Shown: positions 55,896 through 64,000 of the stretch, piece after piece
Position numbering within the stretch: position 1 is the stretch's first letter
Layout of the letters: each line of letters begins with the position of its first letter
Source: Chitinophagaceae bacterium
GTDB taxonomy: Bacteria > Bacteroidota > Bacteroidia > Chitinophagales > Chitinophagaceae
Reading direction: 5' to 3'
NCBI GenBank assembly: GCA_031413755.1
Contig: JANOFR010000109.1
Location: 1,018-65,017, forward strand
DNA length: 64,000 bases
The notes under the pieces: generated by a model
Told to the model about the DNA's origin: nothing
The model's input: the letters and a program-made list of their open reading frames with translations, nothing else
Database searches by the model: none
Translations under genes and position numbers: made by a program

Positions 55896-57238
55896 TGAAA
55901 ATAGTAAATAAATATATTGGCGGATTATTTTTAACAACCCGGTTTTACCTGGTTACCGGCTTTTGTATTATTTTTTTCATAACCTCTTTTATTTATCCGG
56001 CTTTTTTTCTGCTGTCTAAAATTTTACTACTGGTTCTTATCATTCTGGTTTTAATTGAGTACCTGTTTTTATTTATATTGAGTAAAGATCCGGTTGCAAA
56101 ACGGATAACGGCAGATCGTTTTAGTAACGGAGATGAAAATAAAGTGGAGTTGCGGGTTAAGAATAACATGTTCTTTACCATCGCCATGGAAATTATTGAT
56201 GAGTTGCCGGTTCAGTTTCAAAAAAGAGACTGGAGATTATCATACCGTTTTAAGGCCAGGGAGCAAAAAAATATAGTTTATTATTTACGTCCGTTTGAAA
56301 GGGGGGAATATCATTTTGGAAGGATCATCCTGTATATAAGTTCTTTGTTGGGTTTAATTAAGCGCAGGTTTAATATTGTTGCAGATGAGGTTGTTCCGGT
56401 GTATCCGTCGTATCTGCAGATGCGTAAATATGAATTACTCTCACAAACTTCCATACAAACCGAACATGGTAATAAACGGATGCGTAAAATGGGCCACAGT
56501 ATGGAGTTTGAACAGATAAAAGAATATGTGCGGGGTGACGATATACGGGGTGTAAACTGGAAGGCTACGGCAAGGAGGGGGGCTTTAATGGTGAATAATT
56601 ATACAGATGAAAAATCACAGCAGGTGTATTGTATTATTGATAAAGGCCGCCTGATGAAAATGCCTTTTGCCGGATTAACCCTGTTAGACTATGCCATTAA
56701 CAGTACATTGGTTTTAGCAAATGTATGTTTACAAAAACAGGACAGGGTGGGTGTGATGACCTTTGCCAATAAAATGGGTTCCCTGTTGGCAGCCGACCGT
56801 AAACCCATTCAGCGTGAAAATGTATTACAATTATTGTATAACCAGGAAACTGCTTTTTTAGAAAGTGATTATGAAATGCTGTATCTGCAGATTCGTAACC
56901 GTATCAAACACCGGAGTTTGATCGTACTTTATACAAATTTTGAATCACTCAGTGGTTTGAACAGGCAATTAAATTATCTGCGTTCCATAGCGAAGCATCA
57001 TTTATTGATGGTGGTTTTTTTCGAAAATACAGAACTGCATCAGCTTTCACATTTACAGGCAGCAAGCATAGAGGATGTTTATATTAAAACCATAGCTGAA
57101 AAATTTGAGTTTGAAAAAAGGCTCATCGTTAAAGAATTAAAAAAGCATGGCATCCTTTCTATTCTTACGCCTCCCGAAAAATTAACCATTAATGCAGTTA
57201 ATAAATATTTAGAGTTAAAGGCAAGGCAGGCGATATGA
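55895..57238 (+). CDS. DUF58 domain protein (vWA-like) with two N-terminal TM helices
   Basis: 447-aa ORF with the DUF58 signature (EFEQIKEYVRGDDIRGVNWKATARRG). Its start overlaps the MoxR stop (TAATG). Confidence 0.85.
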   Translation: MKIVNKYIGGLFLTTRFYLVTGFCIIFFITSFIYPAFFLLSKILLLVLIILVLIEYLFLFILSKDPVAKRITADRFSNGDENKVELRVKNNMFFTIAMEIIDELPVQFQKRDWRLSYRFKAREQKNIVYYLRPFERGEYHFGRIILYISSLLGLIKRRFNIVADEVVPVYPSYLQMRKYELLSQTSIQTEHGNKRMRKMGHSMEFEQIKEYVRGDDIRGVNWKATARRGALMVNNYTDEKSQQVYCIIDKGRLMKMPFAGLTLLDYAINSTLVLANVCLQKQDRVGVMTFANKMGSLLAADRKPIQRENVLQLLYNQETAFLESDYEMLYLQIRNRIKHRSLIVLYTNFESLSGLNRQLNYLRSIAKHHLLMVVFFENTELHQLSHLQAASIEDVYIKTIAEKFEFEKRLIVKELKKHGILSILTPPEKLTINAVNKYLELKARQAI

Positions 57239-57271
57239 TCAGCAGCAATTCCTCATTGACCGTTCAAATAG

Positions 57272-57279
57272 TATCTTTG
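57272..57279 (+). promoter_or_regulatory. Bacteroidota -7 box (TATCTTTG) upstream of truB
   Basis: Matches TAnnTTTG and ends 9 nt before the track's TTG start, which favours ATG 57397 as the real start. Confidence 0.4.
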
Positions 57280-57288
57280 TAAAAAAAA

Positions 57289-58065
<777 letters not shown>

Positions 58066-58079
58066 GTATTATGAGACTT

Positions 58080-60569
58080 CTAAAATGGATAATTTATCCC
58101 GATAGAAAAATTAAAATTTTCGTACCGCCATTTTTTAAAGCGGTTATCATTGTATGTTTCTCCCGGGTTCTGCGGATCAGGTACCCGCTCTCCCCGCCTG
58201 AATAAATTATTAAAGTTGATATCGGGAAATTGCCAGCCGTCATTTTCACTTATATCCGGCCGTTTAACCCTGAATCCAATATCAAAGCGAAGTACCACAT
58301 AATTGAAATCAAAACGGAAACCCGTGCCAACAGCAACACCCAGATTTTTATACAAGTTTTTAAATTTAAACTGTGCACTGTCATCTTCCCCGGTGGGTTT
58401 TGAGTTTCTGAAGTTCCATATATTTCCAATATCCATAAATACCGCACCTTTTAATACCACCGAATTTGGAATGATCTGAGCAATGGTATAACGGTATTCG
58501 ATATTGCTTTCTAGCTGTATATCACCTGTTCTGTCATTGATATTATTGGAACCATAAGGAGCCAATGGTTGTGCCCCTCTTCCTATTAAACGAACTGGCC
58601 AGCCTCTCATGCTATTATTACCACCACCAAAATACTGTTTAAAAAAAGGTAATGTTGTATCAGCTTTGGATGCTATACCAATACCACCAAAAAGCCGGAA
58701 TACAAAAGCCGATTTTGGATGACTGGCTGAATAAATATATTCCAGATCAGTTTTAACAAATTGTCGTAAATATCTTTTAAAAAGCCCTGTTCTTCCCCAC
58801 AATAATCCCGATTCCTCCAGATTCATTTTAATACTATGCTGCCTGTTTGGATGTTTACTGTTTACTTTGATTTTTCTAAATCCAATACTTGAGCCTGCAA
58901 CCATTGCTGTATTAAATGAATAACGCAGAAAAGGATTTTCTGCTAAAGTTTGTTTAAAACTGTCTGTTTCATTATATAGTTTGGTAAACTCAAAATTTAA
59001 TGGTTTAACTGTCCATTGCATGTTATTTTTAGTTCTGGCATTATAACCTACTGCAAAATTGAATGTTTGTAAATTGAATAAATTGATCTGGTTGGTGTAA
59101 GCTACCTTTGTATTGATAAACGATTCCTGGGAAGAAAACCTTTTATCCCTGTTAAATCCTGAAAACGGAAAAATAAAACTGGGGAATACAATGCTGTTTG
59201 AATAACTAACTTCATTTGAATTGATAATATTCTTTGCACTGCTGGTGTCGGGTCTAAAATTAAATTCAATACCTGCACGTACAGAATTTGTCATTTTAAT
59301 ACCTTCTTTACGCAGGTTTCGGTTGAGCATAGAAACATTTCCGGATAAACCCAATAAGTTACCCGGATTGGCTGCAGTAATATTGTTGGTATTGCTTGAT
59401 GTTGAATAACTGGCTTCAATAGCTGCTTCAAATCCGTATTTTTTTCCGGGTATCAACTGAACGACCAGGTCTATTTTATTAAGGCTGTCGGTCTTAATTT
59501 CAACAATCTGAATATTTGTACTTTGCCAAATTCCTGCTTTGGAATAACTGTTCAGTGTTTTATAAAAATCATCCTGGTTATATAAACTACCTTTCCTTAG
59601 ATATAGGAGCCTTGTTAAAAACCCGGTCCGGAATAATTTTTTATGGTAACGGATAATAAAATTCGTTTCACAGGTGTCACAATTTTTTTTTCTGATATTT
59701 AACTGGTTAATAAAAGTGTCGGTTAAGTTATCACCGGGCTTATAATCAGGTAGTATATAAATATTGTTGATATAGTAGGGTTTAAGCTTGCTGCTGTCTG
59801 CCGGAGGGTTAAGTACAATAGCCAGCTTAACAGTTGGAGAGTCTCTTGCTGTCTGCGCTTCTGATAATAACCTTAGCTGCTCAAATATATCATCGGTTAT
59901 AGTGGTTAAGGCCGCAACTGTTGTATCACCTCTTACCCTCAATTCGTCGGATGTAAATTTATAATAACCATTATTCCGGTACAGGTTTACCAATCTGCTC
60001 AATTCGCCTAAAACGGCTGCTTTTGTTACAGGGTTTCCTTTTTGTAATAAGCTTTTATTAAGGTTTTTCATGGCCAGTTCCTGCAGATCCGGTTTACGCA
60101 AAATATAACTGACGGTGTCAATTAATGTAGGCTTATTTACGTTTACCGTATATTGAACATGTACCCATTCCTGGTTTTTTTTTCGTATGGTATCTGCCCG
60201 GTAATCTGCTGCTGCCTTATAATACCCGAGGTGTAACATGGAATATTGCATATTACGGGTTGATGTTATTGCAGAATTGCTGTCAAATGCCGGAGGGCTT
60301 ACAATAATATGCCGGATAAAGTATTTATCAATTATAGTAATTCTGGAACTGTCATCTAATTGTGCATTTAACCTTTGTTTTAATGTAGCCCTTTCATCTT
60401 TAGTAAAATTTCCTCCCGTAACTTCGATATTATTTTTTGTTATAAAAGGCTTGCCTTTTTGATATTTTTTGGGGATCGTACAGGAAGCAGTTAATAAAGA
60501 AATGAAAAAAATATTTTTCAAGTACTGAAAAAGGCTGTAATTATTTAATGGGTTAATTGGCATAATCAA
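58080..60569 (-). CDS. Omp85-family (BamA/TamA-like) outer-membrane protein
   Basis: 829-aa ORF with a lipoprotein-like signal (LLTASC), POTRA-like repeats and a C-terminal bacterial surface antigen (D15) barrel ending INYPF. Confidence 0.82.
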   Translation of the reverse strand: MIMPINPLNNYSLFQYLKNIFFISLLTASCTIPKKYQKGKPFITKNNIEVTGGNFTKDERATLKQRLNAQLDDSSRITIIDKYFIRHIIVSPPAFDSNSAITSTRNMQYSMLHLGYYKAAADYRADTIRKKNQEWVHVQYTVNVNKPTLIDTVSYILRKPDLQELAMKNLNKSLLQKGNPVTKAAVLGELSRLVNLYRNNGYYKFTSDELRVRGDTTVAALTTITDDIFEQLRLLSEAQTARDSPTVKLAIVLNPPADSSKLKPYYINNIYILPDYKPGDNLTDTFINQLNIRKKNCDTCETNFIIRYHKKLFRTGFLTRLLYLRKGSLYNQDDFYKTLNSYSKAGIWQSTNIQIVEIKTDSLNKIDLVVQLIPGKKYGFEAAIEASYSTSSNTNNITAANPGNLLGLSGNVSMLNRNLRKEGIKMTNSVRAGIEFNFRPDTSSAKNIINSNEVSYSNSIVFPSFIFPFSGFNRDKRFSSQESFINTKVAYTNQINLFNLQTFNFAVGYNARTKNNMQWTVKPLNFEFTKLYNETDSFKQTLAENPFLRYSFNTAMVAGSSIGFRKIKVNSKHPNRQHSIKMNLEESGLLWGRTGLFKRYLRQFVKTDLEYIYSASHPKSAFVFRLFGGIGIASKADTTLPFFKQYFGGGNNSMRGWPVRLIGRGAQPLAPYGSNNINDRTGDIQLESNIEYRYTIAQIIPNSVVLKGAVFMDIGNIWNFRNSKPTGEDDSAQFKFKNLYKNLGVAVGTGFRFDFNYVVLRFDIGFRVKRPDISENDGWQFPDINFNNLFRRGERVPDPQNPGETYNDNRFKKWRYENFNFSIGINYPF

Positions 60570-60581
60570 TATAAAGCGACA

Positions 60582-61325
60582 ATGTTAAGCAAAACACATA
60601 CCAAATATATCCAAAGTTTACAGCACAAAAAATTAAGAGATGCGTCCGGACTTTTTATTGCTGAAGGGCCGAAGGTAGTATTGGATTTGTTAAGCAGCCG
60701 TAATTTTATTTGTAAAGAACTATTTGCTTTACCTGAATGGTTTAATCTCCATGTTGATATAAGATCAGATTTAACCGCTACTTCATTTATAGAAGTAAAA
60801 GAAGCAGAACTGAAAAAAATATCAGCATTATCTGCTTCCCACAGTGTACTGGCGGTATTTGAAAAAAGAAAACATAGTGCTGAACCACAGGTTAAAAATA
60901 GAATAACACTGGCCTTAGATACCATTCAGGATCCTGGAAACCTGGGTACCATTATTCGTATAGCCGATTGGTTTGGAATAACCGGTATTATTTGCTCAAC
61001 TGGCTGTACCGATATGTATAATCCAAAAGTAGTGCAGAGTACCATGGGCAGCCTGGGGAGGGTAAATATTGTTTATACCAATTTGAATGAATGGTTACAA
61101 AATAATAAAAGTATAAAAATCTATTCGGCATCGCTGGAAGGGAAAGATGTAAAGACAATAGGCAGGTTAAAAGAAGGGATTATTATTATCGGAAATGAAG
61201 CAAACGGGGTGAGTGAAGATGTATTACAATGGGTAAATGAAAAAATAACGATCCCAAGAATAGGAATGGCTGAATCATTGAATGCTGCTGTAGCAACAGG
61301 GATCATTCTGGCAATGGTAACATAA
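60582..61325 (+). CDS. TrmH/SpoU-family RNA 2'-O-methyltransferase
   Basis: 247-aa ORF with SPOUT motifs (LDTIQDPGNLGTIIR ... IIIGNEANGVS ... ESLNAAVATGI). Confidence 0.85.
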   Translation: MLSKTHTKYIQSLQHKKLRDASGLFIAEGPKVVLDLLSSRNFICKELFALPEWFNLHVDIRSDLTATSFIEVKEAELKKISALSASHSVLAVFEKRKHSAEPQVKNRITLALDTIQDPGNLGTIIRIADWFGITGIICSTGCTDMYNPKVVQSTMGSLGRVNIVYTNLNEWLQNNKSIKIYSASLEGKDVKTIGRLKEGIIIIGNEANGVSEDVLQWVNEKITIPRIGMAESLNAAVATGIILAMVT

Positions 61326-61418
61326 AAGGGTTTGTTTTGTCATTTCAGCGGCAGTAGATAATTATATTAAAGTTTTGTTTATTTATTTCAGTGGTTTCGC
61401 CCCCGGCACGGCAAAAGT

Positions 61419-62648
61419 TTACCTGAATTGTATCGCTTTAACGGGTTTTATTTTTTTAATTAAAAGTGATGGAATAATTAAAGTGGCAAATGAAACAAGC
61501 AAAGTAAACAGGCATATTAATAAAACCTGCCACCACACTACATCCGCATGTGCAGCACTCATATAATAAGCCTCTTCATTCAGCTTAATAAAACCTGTTT
61601 TTTCCTGCAGCCAGCAAATGCCAAGTCCTAATGCTGCCCCAGTAATAATGCCTGTGATGGCTATCACTGAAGTATTGTATAAAAATATCTGTTGTATATT
61701 CCAGTCAGAGGCGCCTAAAGCTTTTAAGATGCCCGTCATCCTGGTTCTTTCCAAAATTAAAATGATCAAACAGGTAATGAGATTTACAACGGCCACAACC
61801 ATCATAATGATGAGGAGCAAATTCTTTATTTGTCCCTGCAGGCCCAGCCAATCGAAAATATTAGGAAAAATTTCTTTAATGGTTTTGCTGTACCAGCTTT
61901 GTGGTAATTCAGCATAAATAAATTTATTGACCGTATCAGTTTCTTTATAATCATGTAAAAAAAGCTCGTAGCCCCCGATCTGGTCGGGCTCCCAGTTGTT
62001 TAATCTTCTGATCAGGTTTATATCGCATAATGCGAAATTCTTATCATACTCATCAATGGCAGTTTTATAAATGCCGGCAATTTTTAACCAACGTGCTGTT
62101 TTTGATCCGTCTTCCCTGAAAAAGAAAACAAAAACACTGTCGTTAACTTTTGTATTTAATTGCGTAGCTGTGTAAACGGAGATATTGATTTCATTACTGT
62201 AGCTGCTGTCTTTAAAAGATACCCATTTTCCTTCCTGCAGAAATGGTTGCAGCCGCATAAAATTAAAAGATGAATCAATGCCTTTTAACAATACACTTTC
62301 AATATCACTCCCGGATTTAATAATGGCCGATTTGGTAGCATATCGCTCAACAGACTTTACCTGGGGTAATCCTTTCATGTATTTTTCTATCGATTCATCC
62401 TGTGTGATTGGATATTCTTCGGCAATACTTACCCTGTTTTCAACATTTTGCTGTACACGTATATGCCCCCAGAAACTAAAAACCTTATTACTGATCACCT
62501 GCTGAAAACCATTTACAAAACTCATGGCCACTATCATTATAGCTACACTGATGGCAGTTGCACTAATGGCCAGCCTGATAATGAATTTAGAAAAAGTCTT
62601 TTGCCGGTTAAAGGCTATTCGTTTTGCTATAAACACAGAGACATTCAA
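61419..62648 (-). CDS. FtsX-like ABC transporter permease (LolC/E family)
   Basis: 409-aa ORF with an N-terminal TM helix, a large periplasmic MacB-like domain and a C-terminal FtsX 3-TM module ([12 protein letters not shown]). Confidence 0.85.
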   Translation of the reverse strand: MNVSVFIAKRIAFNRQKTFSKFIIRLAISATAISVAIMIVAMSFVNGFQQVISNKVFSFWGHIRVQQNVENRVSIAEEYPITQDESIEKYMKGLPQVKSVERYATKSAIIKSGSDIESVLLKGIDSSFNFMRLQPFLQEGKWVSFKDSSYSNEINISVYTATQLNTKVNDSVFVFFFREDGSKTARWLKIAGIYKTAIDEYDKNFALCDINLIRRLNNWEPDQIGGYELFLHDYKETDTVNKFIYAELPQSWYSKTIKEIFPNIFDWLGLQGQIKNLLLIIMMVVAVVNLITCLIILILERTRMTGILKALGASDWNIQQIFLYNTSVIAITGIITGAALGLGICWLQEKTGFIKLNEEAYYMSAAHADVVWWQVLLICLFTLLVSFATLIIPSLLIKKIKPVKAIQFR

Positions 62649-62709
62649 TCGGCATATTTTTTGGTATCTTACAAATGTATTTTATTTAAACGTAATGATT
62701 AAAGATAAC

Positions 62710-64000
62710 ATGGGAAAAGCTGAAACAGGCCTTGCGGTACAGGTAAACTCCACCGGGGCCGTGACAAAAACGAATAAAAAAAAACTTTATTTGCTTTTTA
62801 TGATAGTCGGTTTTTTAATCCATGCAACAGGCTTTGCACAAATGGGAGATGCTGTTTTTAATGAAAATATTAAATCAGTGCGCTTTCACGTGTATGGCGA
62901 TCAGCAATCTTTACCCATTTATAAGATTAAAAGCGGGGACCAGCTGGAATTGAATTTTGATGACCTGGATGCCAATGTAAAAAGTTATTATTATAGTTTT
63001 CAACTTTGCGATTACGATTGGAAACCCGTTGATATCAGTCCGTTCCTGTATATTAAAGGTTTTACCCAGCAACGGATCGGAACCTACAGGTATTCTTCCA
63101 TTGCCTTAACAAAATACACGCATTACCAGGCCTTATTACCAGACCGGACAACATCATTAACCATGTCGGGGAATTATATTTTAAAAGTATATTTGAATGG
63201 CGATACAGCTAAACTGGCATTTACAAGGCGGATGTTGGTATTGGAACAAAAAGCTTCCATCGGGGGTCAGGTGGTTCAGCCATTTACGCCCCAGTTTTAC
63301 CGATCACATCAAAAAATTGTATTCAATGCAAATATAAACGGGTTAAATACATTTAGTGCTGCCCAGCAGGTTAAAGTGGTGATCCTGCAGAATAGCCGAT
63401 GGGACAATTCTTTAAAAGATATAAAACCAACTTTTGTCAGGGGAAATTCATTGGAATATAATACAGAGAACAATTCAACTTTCCCGGCAGGCAAAGAGTG
63501 GCGCTGGCTCGATCTGCGCAGCTTCCGCCTTCAAAGCGACAGGGTAAAAAAAGCGGATTACAAAAAAGCATCAACAGATTTATTCCTGTTTCCGGATGCT
63601 GACCGTACGGCACAGCGTTATGTTTACTTCCGGGACCTTAACGGCATGTATTTGGTTGAAACCTATGAAACCATTAATCCTTACTGGCAGGGCGACTATG
63701 CAACCGTACACTTTAGCCTGGCCGCACCTAATGCCATGCCCTATGCCGATAAAGATATTTACCTGGCAGGGCAGTTAACCAATTACGAATTTAACGACAA
63801 AACCAAAATGGTTTTTAATGTGGAGAAAGGTGTGTATGAGTGCACGGCCTTTTTAAAACAGGGGTATTACAATTATACGTATATAGCTGTAGATAAAAAT
63901 AATTTTGCAAACAGGCGCGACCTGGAAGGGGACTACTGGGAAACAGAAAACAGTTATACCATTTTAATGTACTATAGATCTTTTACCGATCGTACTGATC
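62710..64000 (+). CDS. DUF5103 domain protein (T9SS-associated plug-like family), 3' end beyond the window
   Basis: The frame is open from ATG 62710 to the window edge, so it is absent from the complete-ORF track. The pattern IKSVRFHVYGDQQSLPIYKIKSGDQLELNFDDLDANVKSYYYSFQLCDYDW ... GYYNYTY fits my recollection of DUF5103. Confidence 0.65.
   Translation, partial: MGKAETGLAVQVNSTGAVTKTNKKKLYLLFMIVGFLIHATGFAQMGDAVFNENIKSVRFHVYGDQQSLPIYKIKSGDQLELNFDDLDANVKSYYYSFQLCDYDWKPVDISPFLYIKGFTQQRIGTYRYSSIALTKYTHYQALLPDRTTSLTMSGNYILKVYLNGDTAKLAFTRRMLVLEQKASIGGQVVQPFTPQFYRSHQKIVFNANINGLNTFSAAQQVKVVILQNSRWDNSLKDIKPTFVRGNSLEYNTENNSTFPAGKEWRWLDLRSFRLQSDRVKKADYKKASTDLFLFPDADRTAQRYVYFRDLNGMYLVETYETINPYWQGDYATVHFSLAAPNAMPYADKDIYLAGQLTNYEFNDKTKMVFNVEKGVYECTAFLKQGYYNYTYIAVDKNNFANRRDLEGDYWETENSYTILMYYRSFTDRTD

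Overview
All calls come from reading the sequence and the ORF translations. No database search or HMM was run, so product names are motif and architecture recognition.

The window looks like an AT-rich chromosomal segment of a Bacteroidota genome, probably Chitinophagaceae or Sphingobacteriia-like. Three things support this: TAnnTTTG -7 promoter boxes in front of several genes, a TonB-dependent receptor with a CarboxypepD_reg N-domain, and a DUF5103 T9SS-associated gene.

Gene content is dense and mostly housekeeping:
- Metabolism and cofactors: rocD, ispE, etfBA, ribBA, ggt.
- Translation and RNA modification: tilS, rlmH, miaA, truB, proS, a CCA-adding enzyme and a TrmH-family methylase.
- Proteolysis and envelope: lon, TamB, an Omp85/TamA-like protein, a LolE-like permease, and an ECF sigma/anti-sigma module.
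- RNA genes: tRNA-Arg(ACG) and tRNA-Lys(TTT).

I see no CRISPR array, transposase, integrase, phage genes or recognisable defence system.

The points most worth a second look are:
1. An in-frame GC-rich palindromic mini-insertion inside etfA.
2. A tRNA-Arg-derived triplet (one decayed copy, one intact, one altered). A GIY-YIG nuclease ORF sits between two copies and terminates inside the altered one.
3. A family of 7-bp-period tandem repeats with an (A/T)AG(C/T)TAT core. Two arrays start right after stop codons, one forms a 76-bp palindrome between lon and cca, and one lies inside tilS.
4. A long proS leader carrying a Pro-Pro mini-ORF that overlaps a 15-bp hairpin.
5. A tightly coupled, functionally uncharacterised membrane cluster: RDD / SpoIIM-like / DUF4129 / DUF4350 / MoxR / DUF58.
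6. A two-amidoligase pair (ATP-grasp plus GCS2) with no known product.

None of these is proven novel from this window alone.
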